Positions 50,052-63,173 of a stretch of DNA of 64,000 bases are shown piece by piece. Below the pieces are notes generated by a model that ran no database searches, was not told the origin of the DNA, and worked only from the letters and a program-made list of their open reading frames with translations. Position 1 is the stretch's first letter, and each line of letters opens with the position of its first letter. The stretch lies in the NCBI GenBank assembly GCA_047495785.1, contig JBLDXI010000017.1:2480001-2544000 (forward strand), given 5' to 3'. A program made the translations under genes and the position numbers. Source of the stretch: Lepidodermella squamata (lineage: Eukaryota > Animalia > Gastrotricha).

Positions 50052-53000
50052 ATGGCAAAAGTTGCCGATGCAAACGGCAAAGGTAGCCCGCCTCCACCCT
50101 ACTCTAAGGAGACATACGGCGTGGAGATGAGTGTATCGAGCGAGGATGGCGAGAAAAAGCCTAGCGACCCAGAGAAAGGCGGCAAACCAAAGGCGGCGAA
50201 AATATCGTTTTTCCAACTATTCCGCTATTCAGATGCGCTCGATAAAGTTCTCATGGTTACGGGTATTATCCTGGCTCTGGCTCAAGGCGCCGGTATTCCT
50301 CTGGCGCTATACTTCTTCTATTCGAAAATCTTGAACGCCATGATATCGTACACGGACTGCTTCAAGCCCATCTTGCAAACCATGCAGCGGATAACCACAG
50401 CAGAGAAATACGGCAATGTTACAGACCTGTCTGAAAAAGAGCTGGGCTTTCGTAATTCGACCCAATATAAGCAACTAAGAGAGTACAGCTCGCTACGAGC
50501 GGGACCCGACTACACTCTATTCGGAGAGGTCGGCCCACTATGCGGCTACTATGCTCTTGTCGGTTAGTTAATTTTTCTCAATCAATTCATTCATTCATTT
50601 TAATTGCAACCATTTTATCAGGATTGGGAATGCTCATCGCGGGTTCGTTGCATATCGCGTTCTGGACGATTGCTGGTCAACGGCAAATCGAGCGTATCCG
50701 CGTCAAATTGTTCCGCGCAATGTTGGCCAAAGATGCTGGATGGTTTGACGCTCGCCGAGTCGGCGCTCTTAACAACGTTCTGTTCGAGAATCTTCGCAAG
50801 ATGGAGGACGGCATGACCTCAAAAGTGTCCAACACAATCGGATGGATCGGCGTTTCTATAGCTGGCTTTATTATTGGTACATGTTTTTATTTGTCTTTTT
50901 GTTTACCTCAAAACGTTTCTATTGAGGCCATAATATGTTTTTGTCGGAAAAACCAGGCTAATTGAATTACTTTTGCGTGAAATCAGGGCTTTAGACACTA
51001 ATCATCTGTCATGGTCTAATTGTTTTAATTATACTATGGGCGGATTTTCTGGGTGTTTTCATTGATTTTTCTGCGGAATATTCTCTAACATTGTTGTTGT
51101 TTTTTATTTATAGCTTTCGTAACAGACTGGCTGGTTACGATCGTCATTTTTTCATTAGTTCCGCTGTTGTTTGTCGTTGGCTTTGTCATGATTCGCCTCG
51201 TGCGCATCTACAGCGCGAAACAAACGGAGGCTTACGGCGCTGCAGGTTCGATCGCCAGTGAAGTTCTAAGCAGCATTAGAACGGTCATCGCGTTCAACAA
51301 GCAAGAGTACGAAGTCACGCGCTACCGCGGCCATCTAGGTGAATCACAGCGGATGGGCATGATCAAAACAGTCGCGTCTGGGCTAGCTCAGGGCCTGACT
51401 TTCCTCATCATCAACGCCCTTGCTGGTTTGGCGTTTTGGTGGGGCAATAAGTGAGTGAGATGAGCGAAAAAACAATAATTAATTTTTTAATAATTCCGCA
51501 AAAATATTAAGGAAGACATTTTATAATTTTACACAATTTTAATTTTTTTTTAATTTTACAGCCCTCAGGTTGCGCAAGCCGGTGGCAATATCATGCAAAT
51601 CATTATTTGCGTGATGTTGGGCACCACTTCGCTCGCCAACGCCGCGCCTAATTTCGAAAACATCGCCGCAGCGCTATCGGGCGCCGACGAAGTTTTTTCG
51701 ATAATCGATGAAGCCTCCCGGATTGATAACTTTTCGGACACGGGCAAGACCATAGCGAATATCAACGGCGAGGTTTCGTTCGAAAACGTCGCCTTTTCGT
51801 ACCCGAGCCGGGCGGAGCGAGTCATATTGAAAGCGCTCAATTTGACCGTTCAACGAGGTCAAACTGTAGCGCTTGTCGGGCCGTCTGGCTGCGGCAAGTC
51901 GACTACAGTTCAAATGCTGCTGCGTTTCTACGACGCCATCTCAGGCAAAGTCGCCATTGATGGCGTGGACGTTCGAGAACTGAACGTTCGCTGGCTACGC
52001 CGCAACATCGGCCTTGTCAGCCAGGAACCTGTCCTGTTCAACGTCAACATTCGCGAGAACATCCGGTTAGGAGCCGTAGATCAAGCTAACGTGACAGATG
52101 AACAAATTATTGAAGCCTGTAAACTAGCTAATGCGCATAATTTCATTTCGGCGTTGCCTGAAGGCTACAACACTATGGTCGGCGAACGAGGGGCCCAATT
52201 GTCAGGTGGCCAAAAGCAACGTATCGCTATCGCAAGAGCTTTGATCTCGAACCCGAGAATCCTTGTTTTGGACGAAGCTACTAGCGCGCTGGATACCACC
52301 AGTGAAAAGGTTGTGCAAGAGGCTCTTGACAACGCTAGAGTTGGCCGAACTACCCTGGTCATCGCCCATCGTTTGTCAACTATTCGAAATGCTGATTTGA
52401 TTGCTGTGATCGATAACGGTGTCGTCGCCGAACTCGGAAACCATGCTGTCCTGATGGCGCAGGGTGGTTTATACCATCGTTTGGTCAAAACTCAAGAGGT
52501 TGAAATGGCTAAGGAAGCTGCGAAGAAATCGCTCAGTCGCCAGACTAGCACTAAAGTTGAACAAATTGATGAGGAACATGAAGACGTTGATGCCGTCGTC
52601 ACCCAACGCCGTCAATCTGAAAGCAGACCCAAATCAGGCGCGAAAAACGTGGTAATCGATGTTGAAAGTGGTAAGGAGATCAAAGGCGCCAAGGCGGAGC
52701 AGCCGCCTGGCCGTATGAAGCTTATGGGTACCGTTTTGGGCTGGGGCCGTCCTGAATTGCACCTGACCATCATTTGTGCTATTGTCTCCATCGTATGTGC
52801 TGCTGTACAACCTGCCTATGCTATCGTGATGTCTGAATTTCTCGGCTCATTCTGCCCAGGCGATACGCAAAATCAATTTACTATGCTCATCGGTGTCATC
52901 GTGGGTCTTGGCGCATTCCAGGCTCTCCTTGTCGCTATTCAGCATTACTTGTTTGCGGAAATTGGTGGTAAATTGACGGACAGAACACGATGCCGCTTGC

Positions 53001-54771
53001 TGGGAAAAATTGCACGCATGGATGCTGGCTGGCTCGACAGACAAGAGAACCAACCCTCGGTTTTGACAACGATACTCGCAACAGATTGTATGGACATTCA
53101 GGGCGTAAGTCGCATTTTTGTAACTTGATTTTCAATTCCTACTCTTCCTATTTGTTGATAGCTTTCTGGTGTTCGAATCAGCATTTATCTAACTGTTGTG
53201 GTCATCATTGGAATTTCAGTGATTTATTCCCTCATTCTTGAGTATCGAGTCGCCCTGGCTCTCATTGGTCTTATGCCTTTCATCGTTATCAGCTCGATTT
53301 TCGCTATGAAAATTGTCATGGGTGCCGAGAAAAAAGAAGATGAAAGTTCCAGCAAAGATCAATGTAAGTTTTCAGCTTTCATCTGTCATCTCATAATTAA
53401 TATAAATTTTTTAGCCATCGTTGCTATGGATGCGCTGGCAAACATGCGAACTGTGATGTCGCTTACAGCTGAGAACTACTTCCTCGACCGTTTTGCAGAC
53501 CAGTTCAGCAAAGAAAAGCGTAATGCCATTCGCCGCGGCATCGCTTCAGGGCCCCTGCTCAGTTTCGTCATGTCTGCCATTCTTTGGGCGGGCGCGATCA
53601 CCTTCTGCCTCGGCTCTTGGCTCATGCAAGAAAAATTATCCACCTTCACGCCAATTATCCGCGTCTACATTCTCATCACCTTCAGCGGTATGTCGATAGG
53701 TAGAACGAGTACGGCAGTGCCTGATGAAGATAAAGCTTCGAAAGCTGTCATAAAGCTGCTGAGTATTTTCGCTGAAAAGCCAACCATCGACAGAGAAGAC
53801 GAGAAAACTGAAGAATCGATAGCTGCTCGGGAGTTATCAGTCAACAAGGCTCTGATTGCAAACCGCGGAACTGGCAGAATCGAGTTCAAAGACGTTCATT
53901 TCTCCTACCCGACTCGTTCTTCGGTCCAGGTCCTAAAAGGCGTCAGCTTCACCGTGGAACCCGGTCAAAGAGTCGCCCTGTGCGGTCCCAGCGGCGGCGG
54001 TAAATCAACCATCATGCAATTAGTCCAACGCCTCTACGACCCTGAATCTGGATCTGTTTTGATTGATGGAGTTGATCTGAAGCAAAGCAACATTCGTGCT
54101 GTTAGAAGTAACATTGGTCTCGTTGCCCAGGAGCCAAGTTTGTTCGCATTGAGTGTTGGCGAAAATATATCTTACGGATCGAAAATCCCGGCTGAAAAGC
54201 CAAATGCTGAAGAAATCGATTCTGCGTGCCGACAGGCTAATGTTCACGAGTTCCTTTCCCGTCTTCCCGAGGGTTTGAACACCCAAGTCGGCGAGCGAGG
54301 CGGCCAAATGAGTGGTGGGCAGAAGCAGCGCATCGCCATAGCCAGGTAAGAATACCTATATGATTTTATTATTTTTTTATTATTTTATTATTTATTTTTA
54401 TTTTTTATTTTTATTTTAAATTAAATGAAAATGAAAAAATCTAAAACAAATAATTTGCAAAAATTTAAAATAAAATTTGAAATTTTTTATTTTTCAGAGC
54501 ACTCGTGAGAAATCCAACGATATTGTTGCTAGATGAGGCGACCTCGGCATTGGACACCCAAAGCGAGCGTGTCGTACAGGAAGCTCTTGATACCGCTTCG
54601 AAGGGCCGAACTAGTCTTGCCATCGCCCATCGCTTGTCAACTATTCAAAATTGTGACAAAATTTTAGTGCTTGCGAATGGCCAAGTCGCGGAACAAGGTA
54701 CTCATGCCGAGCTGATGGCGCAACGAGGTATCTACTACGAATTGCAGCAGGCCCAAAATAACCATCAATGA
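50052..54771 (+). CDS. ABCB1: ABCB1-like P-glycoprotein copy 4; 7 exons
   Basis: Both NBDs intact; sequence closest to copy 2 ([21 protein letters not shown] in NBD2). Confidence 0.93.
54362..54418. repeat. Low-complexity (T)nA simple repeat in the last intron of ABCB copy 4
   Basis: Run of ttttattatttttttattattttattatttattttattttttattttt. Confidence 0.6.
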
Positions 54772-56025
54772 GAGGCATCTCAGCATTGAAAATAATAATA
54801 ATAATAACATCATCAGCTATAATTTGACAAATCCTTATACTTGTGTGTAAAGGTATCACTATCCACTCATCTCTCTTGCCCTGATGACATAATGCGGGTA
54901 GCAAATAAATAACGCGCAGCCCGGTGACATGATACTCGCGCGTAAAGTTTGTATTGATATTCTTAGTTTGCTTATCTCACGGTGATTTATGTGCCACATT
55001 TTATCATCATTGTCATCGCACAGTTTTACATTTTCTTCAACTATCACCTCCGTTATAGCGAGGGACCGCAAAAAAGGGACGCCAAAAAATGTTGATTGTC
55101 TGTTGTTTACTTATAAATATGCACGAATGCTTTCACTTCGCAAAGTTCAAAATATGTGTAAAGTGAGCGTGCTGGAAGACTGCGCGGGTCATATTGCTGA
55201 ACATCGATTTTGAAAAAAAAATAAAAAATATTTTTATATTTGAGTTTTGATTTTTAATTACGAGAGCTTGGAAATTTTCCCTTCTTAACCGGAGGCTCAA
55301 ATAATCAAGTCGAAATCAGGTGGACTTCGAATATAATACTGACAGGGCAGAACTGGTTGGATTTACAGGACTGGCGTTATCCTTTGGCGCAATCTGATAC
55401 ATTTCATCGGTTGTTGTTTTCCCCCTTTTGATTATATGATTGCAAAATAAATGAGAGCAGAGCCTATATTGCGATATGCTGTGGAAAAATAAAAGGCATC
55501 AAAGTAGACATAATGCAAGCTTGCAACAAGCATTGTTTGTTTTTCAACAGTAACTAGACCTGTAATAAATATAATTTACACCTTATCCCACTTTCATCGA
55601 ACGCGAGGCACGTGGTTGTTGTAAGTTGGTTCTGCGGAATAATAGGTAGTAAAATAATAGGGAAATGGCCGGGCACGCCCCATTGCCTGCTGCTATACCG
55701 CTATAGCATCGATGCTGGGATCAGTCATTATGCCGTACACATATCGCTCGCTAATGACTTTTGGCCTCGCCTAGCCTCGCTGTAGGTTAATGATCGACTT
55801 TTACAGAAGCAGTCAAACCATAAAAGCACCCATCGATATGTTCAACTTTAGCCTCGAAGTGTGCCAGAGTAACGAGTTTTCCGCCATTAACCATTCACAA
55901 GCATATGTTCCGTATAAATGTAGCAGCAGCATATGCGTCTGCATATATGAAGCGCGAGATTTTCGACTGCGCGCGCAGCCTGGCACGCTTTTTGCTATAG
56001 CACGTGCGCATGCGCGCGCATCCGA

Positions 56026-56063
56026 CCAATCAGCGAGCGAGGCCACGCGTCAGCCAATCAGCG
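56026..56063 (+). promoter_or_regulatory. Tandem CCAAT (NF-Y-type) boxes in a CG-rich putative Meis promoter
   Basis: CCAATCAGCG at 56026 and 56054 (28 bp apart) inside a CGCG-rich stretch about 650 bp upstream of the Meis coding start. Confidence 0.45.
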
Positions 56064-56689
56064 CGCAGCTAGCGAGCGAGCGCCGTTTCAAGCTATACGC
56101 GCAATACAAGAACAACGAAGCGAACTATTATCGCTCTCATGACACCTTTTTTACGCTTGCTTTATCTAACTCATCAAACGAAAACCAACCGCCTTGCCGC
56201 TGCGAAAATACGTTACTGAAAATTGACTTATTTTAGGTATTTAGAGCCATCAACAAAACTGACCGTCCCATCAGTATTACTTCGATGGTCAGTTGGCTTC
56301 TGTTCAGCGTTTTATGGCATCGTAAATTTACGTGTTATCTTATAGTAGGTCGGCGGGCCACGAGGCTATTATCGTAAATTTAGCCGGGCTAATGATGTGC
56401 CTGCTGCCAAATATCCCACGACGACGCTCGTACATTAAACGCCTCATCCGTTTTATTATCTCCTACCTTTGCCTCGCCCGTAATTTTTCAGAACGCCTAG
56501 GATCAAGGTGGCTTAAGCTGTTTTATTGACAGAAAATTTGCTTGCTTTGATAGACATTTTTGGATTATTTTTTTCGGAATTTATTTTCAACTTCGACGAG
56601 GCGCGGAGTTGCTGTCTGCTGTCGGTCGAGTTGAGATATACCTTGCCATTTTCGTTTTTTATTTCGAATCAAACTGAGAGCAAACAAAG

Positions 56690-59600
56690 CTGGCCGCGGT
56701 TAATAACTATCAGCCTAGCGTGTCTTGGACGTCGGCCTACTCGACGGCTCCTTCGACTACGCCTGGCTCGATGTACGGCCAGCAGTTGGCGACGCCGGAT
56801 CCTAACCAACAGCAGCAGCAACAACAGCAACAGGCGAGTCAGTTTTCAGCTAGCACAGCAGCTCAGAGCGCATCGACATCGGGCGACGCGTCTCAGGGCG
56901 ATTGCAAACGCGAGAAGGATGCCATATACGGGTAAGTCGCACCTTATTAGCTATGATTGACGATAATTTGACGTGACCTGTGTTATTTTTTTTTCTCAGG
57001 CATCCGCTTTTCTCGCTGGTAACGCTGATATTCGAAAAGTGTGAGTTAGCGACGTGCACGCCGCGTGACACGGCATCTAGCGCATCAAACCAGTCACCAG
57101 GCGGCCAGCCCCCCGATATATGTTCATCTCAGTCGCTGATCGACGACATTCAGGCTTTCGCAAAACAGGTTGGCACGCATTTTTCATCTTTATCTCTCGA
57201 GTTTTTTGCGTCTTTTGTTTATTGATGATAATGATTATGATGATGCGATAGTCATAATAAGCTCTCGTCAGCTACCTGAAATGATAGCATCGCCGAGATG
57301 GGTATCATTTGCTGCTTAGTGCGCTTAGACCAGGTAGCAAGCGGCGGCTTAGCTAGCCGGGTATTATCGCGGCTGTGTTGTGTTGCGGCTTTCTCACGCC
57401 GCTGCGCAGGTAGGCAGCGCTGGCTTTGAAAACGCGACGAATTGTGTCGCGGTAGTTAGGCTCGCTCACTTGGGGTCGTCGCTAAGTCGCGCGTTGGTTT
57501 TTGCTCTGCCTTCGACAACGGGCCATTTCTAGCTTTGCGACTTGTGGTGGTGGCTCAAGTGCCCCCGCCGACCCGAGCGCGCGCGGCGCCTTTGCGCCGG
57601 CCAGTTTCCGCCAACCTTCCGTTACTAATCGCCTTCGCAACTCGCGCTTGACCGGTCGCGTTAAATGGGCAACGTGCTTTCTTTAAACTATCTCAACTTC
57701 TTGCGGCCACCATGCGCTGTAACAACGCACTGAGACGATTCGCGCGTAATGATCTCTTTAGTCAAGCGGAATCATCGCCACCGTAATCTTGCAAACACAT
57801 CCAATAACGCAGATGTCTTTGAATAATTCAGAAGAAAAAATTGAAAAATAACGATTTAAAATATATTAATTTTTATTTAGCTACGGTCTGAAAAATCGTC
57901 GTACGTGACTGATGGCGAGGTAGATTCGTTGATGGTGAAAGCTGTCGAAATTTTGCGGATTCACCTGCTCGAGCTTGAAAAGGTCCACGAGCTTTGCGAC
58001 TCATTCTGCAACCGCTACATAACGTGCTTGAAGGGCAAACTGCCGCAAGATTTCGTCGCTGAGGAGAAGGGCGACCTGCTAGGCGGCGGCGGGATCGATA
58101 ATACTAGTGGATCGGGAGGTTCGATGCGAGCCTCTAGTCCCGGGGCGTTCGGGCTAGGCGCGAATGACAGCCAAACGCCCCCGCCTACGGCCAGCGGCGC
58201 CATGGCGTCGTTCCAGGGCTACACAACATCAACCCCGTACCACCTTCCTCAACCTCAACAGCAGCAGCAGCAAGCGTCGTGTTCTTACAACCAGCCAACA
58301 TCGGGTGTTCAAATCGAGGGTGCTTGGTACCCGTCTTGCCAACAACAACAACAGCCAGTTAAACAGCAACAACAGTCTTACGGTTTCAACCCTCAGCAAC
58401 AGCAGCAGCAACAACAACAGCCGTACCAGCAATTCGGCAGTGTATCGGCTGCGAAAAAATCGCGGCACGATGACCAGGTTAGTTATTACGTGTAATAATT
58501 TGTGTCTCGTATTACGCACCCGTGGCGTTAAACTGTCTTTTGGAGGGTGCACATTATCGAATTACGTTTCGCTTAAATTTTCGGTTTGCGGTTGACAGAA
58601 ATCACGCCGATCTAATCACCGGTTAATGGTCGACGATGACAGCGACGAGAACTCGGGCGATGAGGCGGACGACGACGATTGCGGCCCTGGCGGTGCGTCG
58701 CGCGCCTCTTCGTCGCTATCGTCGACCGGGCGCCTGCAACACCGCGCCCCGGCCGGCGCGTCGCGTGCCTACCAGCAGCAAGTGGCGCCCGGGCACCAGC
58801 ACCTCGTGCAGACGCCTCAACAGCGCCAGCAACTCAGCGCGTATTCAATCAACGGCTCGTCCGGCGGTCTGGTCATCGATCATCACGGTAATTACACTAA
58901 TCCACCTCTTATTATATCATTTTCAATCATCATTGGCCATCATCATTGCGCGACTAAATAGAAGAAATTCGTCAAAGCTGCGCGCACCACCTGCGCGCGA
59001 TCATTTCACGCTGGTGAAAGAAATCACCCAAGCGCGTGTTTATTGAGCTGCAATTTTCACCCGCGCCTATTTAGCGCGCGCGCACCTATTTTAATAGGCC
59101 ATCGATATTATATTATATGCGCAGATGAATCGCAACAATAACAACAGCAAATTCCCGCATCGTCGGCCGTATAATCGCGCTCTCGACGGCGACTGCGACG
59201 TCTCGCTGCTAGTATACGTTGAGTTTTTACTTTTATTATTTGGCCATTTAGCGGCGATTACGGCGCTGCTCGCGAGTAAATATTTGCCAAATCGTCGATG
59301 AAGAGAGAGAATACGGAGCTGAAGCTGAAGAAGAAGAAAAGCCAAAAGAGACACAGTTGCAGATTAGGTATTGAATGCGACGGGCAAGACGCGAGCGGCT
59401 ATGCGCCTATGGGGCTCAATAAAGGTGAGCAGGCGCTGCTGCTGTTTGTGTACCAAACTCATTATGCGCTAATGTCGCGATAATACGACGAGGCCGCGTT
59501 CAACTACCTGGGTGTTGACGTTCTAGCAACCAGCAGCAGCAGCAGCAGCAAAGACCGTGCGCGTATCGGCTTTCAGGGCTGCGGATTAGGCTTTATTACC

Positions 59601-62600
59601 GCGTCGTCTTGGTCCCGCTTCCGTGTTTGCCGTAGCAGCCTTAACTATTATTAGCCAAGCAAAACAGCGCGACGACGTGCAATCGGTAACAGTTTCGAGT
59701 GTGGCAGCGAGGCGTGCCACTCGACCGCCGCCGCCGGTAGTAGTAGTAGTAGTAGTCGTCGTAGTCACCGCCAATAAGAACCAGTGGAATTTTTGCATCA
59801 CGACGTGGGTATGTGGGTCAAACGCATGTATACGGGTCAAAACGGTCCCAGTGCATAAAATACCGCGCGGTATATGAATTTTGATTGACGTCAGGATAAA
59901 TAATAACAACAACGCCTATCAAACAATTGTTAGCGCCGGCGGCTTGTCTTGTTGAAAGGCGAATGAGGTGATTTTTGCTGCAGGCAAAAACAACAATCAT
60001 CGCACTGGTACGCGATATGATATACCTGGCCCATAGATGGGTCGATGATGATGATGATGATCGTTGACGCGGATCAGCTGCGCGATTCTTCGTTACCTCC
60101 ATCATCGCTTCCTCGAAGCTTTCCTACGCAGTGTTTACGTAAATTGAGCTCATGGGCCAATCGGCGGCGTTGTCTGTACGAGGCTATGCAGTACGGCGTG
60201 TGGCATCCGCTTACACCTTAATGACAGCTCGCTAGCAAAACGCTGGCTTGTGTTGGAATATATCTACCTAACCTACCTATATAATACCTTAATTGGCGAG
60301 CGCGAGATTCGATGCGAGCGAACGCCGAGCTGTCAGCAAATGACTTATGAATAACAGGCGATCATCATCGTCAGTCCAAATGCATCGAACGCGCCGTTTT
60401 CTAGCATCGCCAGCCACACATCGCGAGCTTCAATAAGGCTAGCCGTGAAATGATATAAGACAGTTATAAGGCGCAATCGATACCTCAAACCTAAATGTAT
60501 CATCTTCCTCATCGTCTGAAACCGCGCGCATCCCCAAAGTTGGGTAGGTATACCTACACCAAGGTAACGTATTGCTGGCTCAAATCGACTCTTGATGGTG
60601 TTTTCGACCTTCAGCCCATTATCTGCGCTTGTTGCCGCGAGCGGTTGCTATTTTTATACCGCCGGAAACACGCATGTTGATCGCGCGCCAGCTATTTTTT
60701 GCTTGTCCGATCATTTAAATGCACTCATCCAATCAGATCAGAAGCGCTCTAAAAAGGATAGAAAAGAAATTGAAGCCAGGTGATAGGCTAGGAAAAAATG
60801 AGGCCCTAATCAACTTAACTGAATGAGATGACAAGGATGTCAATTTGATAATAATCTGAGATGAAATATGTCCCAAAAAGGTGCTATATTTGATTCATGT
60901 TTTTGTTTACTTGTTTTCAATTTCCCAAAATGATTTAAGGCGGATAATTCCACTTTTCTATCTATTTTTCAATTAAATGTTCTTGGTCAATATTTTAATT
61001 TTCTGTTTATTATTAGGTTTAAATGATGCCGGGCGCGGGAGCAGCGGCTCATCTGACGGGCAATCAGGCATGGCGGGTGGGCTCGGCTGCGACGATGATG
61101 ACGGTTCGAAGAACAAAAAGACGAAGCGCGGCGTGTTTCCGAAGTCGGCAACTACAATCATGAGAAACTGGCTCTTCCAACATCTCGCGGTAAGTTTTCA
61201 ATTTTCAACTCGGCGCAACTTCGGGCGTGTTGGGTAATAGGCGCCTAGCTGCCTGCAATCGACACCGCGCGGCGCCAACTCGCAGCAAAGCGCAGTTTGA
61301 AGCTGCAATTATGTTGAGGCGCGGTCTATAATAATCGGTGATTATGACTTTTGCCGCGCGGTTCGTTGAATTAATTTTCACGGCGGCGGTTACGCGTCGC
61401 GCCGCCAAAGCCTAACGACGACGGCAATAATTTGTTTGAAAAAACGGTTGGCGCCGGGTTTTATTACCGCTACCGAAATCTTGATCTCGTGTTACGCAAC
61501 TGATCTTGACGATGATGTTTTTGATTTTTAACAGCACCCGTACCCGTCCGAAGACCAAAAGCGGCAACTTGCGCAAGACACCGGCCTGACAATACTTCAA
61601 GTTAACAATTGGTTCGTTATTATTGCCTTTTTGTAATTAAATATATTATTATCACAGTCGAATTATATCGCTTTGAATTCGGCAGCAGCGGCGGCAGGAA
61701 AGAAAAGTCACGGCCGGCCGCGTCCCGGGCGGGTTGAGATTTATGGCGCCGGAGATGAGTTTTGGCTCCGGCGTTATTACGCTCGCGAAATTTTATTATG
61801 TGAGCCACCACTGGTAGCTAGTTGTTGGCTCTAGGGGCTCTAACGCAATAATCATAAAAACTGTGTGTAATATCATTAGCAGGATTGTGGGCCTAAATAA
61901 TATAATGTGTCGTTGCAGGCGCAGGGTGCAACAAATCTTGATGTTTTGGCTGGCAAACAAACGCCGGCGCAGTTATATTACATTAATAATGTGTTTGGCG
62001 CCGCTGATCTTTGGTCGCGATACGCGCCACTGTGCACTTCCTGCGCCGCGCGCCGGTCTGTGAAATGTGTCCCCGGAGGCGCGAGCGCGCTTGCGTTCCA
62101 CGGCCGCGCACGTTGCCCACTGATAATTTACTATTAAAAGTAGTTGAAATCGAACGTAATTACTTATCGAGCGGAACGCCAGGCCGCTTTTGCTCATGTG
62201 TTATTCTGCTGCTGCGCTTGCATTTCACACGATTTTGACCGCTTGCAGCTGACAGAAAAAGCGCAAAACTACCAGTATTAAGATGGGTAAGTAGCTGGAT
62301 GACTGTATTAGTACGTACTATTACTAGGGCCATCAACCACGGCCGGGGCGCGACTGTAACAGATGCGCGCGCGCGTGAATAAATTACGAGAGCAGCTGCC
62401 GAGATTCGAGATTTGCGACTCACATCAGGGCGCATAAAAATGGGCAGATAATTTTCTTCCATTCCCACACTCGACTTTGCGCCCGAACGGCGCCGCCGCC
62501 AAAAGACCGTGAATCAACTGAAATTACGCACGGATCACCGCTTTATTTGCTACTCATAAAAGACAAAAATGAAGAAAAAATAGAATCCAGGAGTTTAATC

Positions 62601-63173
62601 ACTGCATTTCCTGATTTTAGGTTCATCAATGCTCGCCGTCGCATCGTTCAGCCGATGATAGACCAGTCGAACAGGCAGAACCGAGCTCTTGCCAACGCGT
62701 ACGCCGCAGCCGCAGCCGCTGCTAACGTGTCGTCCACGATGGGCGGTCCGCCTTCCGTCGTCGGCTCAACCCCCGACCCGATGATGACGGCGGCTGGTTC
62801 GGGCCTACTTAGCGCCGGCTACCCGACCGCCTCGAGCCCGTACGGCCAACCTGGCGTCATCTCCAACTCGGCAATGGGCGTCGTTGACCCGTCATCATTC
62901 GCCTCCTACAACCCCTACTTCCCAGCCGCCGCGCAGTCTGTCGACCTGTCGGCGGCCTACGCGTACAACTACGCCGCAGCCGCCGCGATGAGTCTCAGCG
63001 CACGGTCCAACAACGTCTCGAACACAGGCCGCATCGGCGCCTGCGGGTCTTCTATGATCATGCCCTCAGCCGGATCGCTCGGCTTCGCGTCTCCCCAGTC
63101 ACTCGGCGCTGGCTCCGTCGGTCCCAACGTCGGCGACCACCTACAACAGCAAGACATCCACGCCGGCGGTTGA
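56690..63173 (+). CDS. Meis: Meis/homothorax TALE homeobox transcription factor (exons ~56690-56931, 57000-57168, 57881-58477, 58599-58888, 61018-61189, 61534-61611, 62621-63173); start codon uncertain
   Basis: MEIS domain DAIYG|[22 protein letters not shown] and [30 protein letters not shown] homeodomain [22 protein letters not shown]|[26 protein letters not shown]|[14 protein letters not shown]. Confidence 0.95.

Noticed and set aside
59298-59483. Lys-rich ORF within the Meis intron as an alternative exon
   Set aside because: The flanking exons already join in phase, and there is no clear acceptor or homology.
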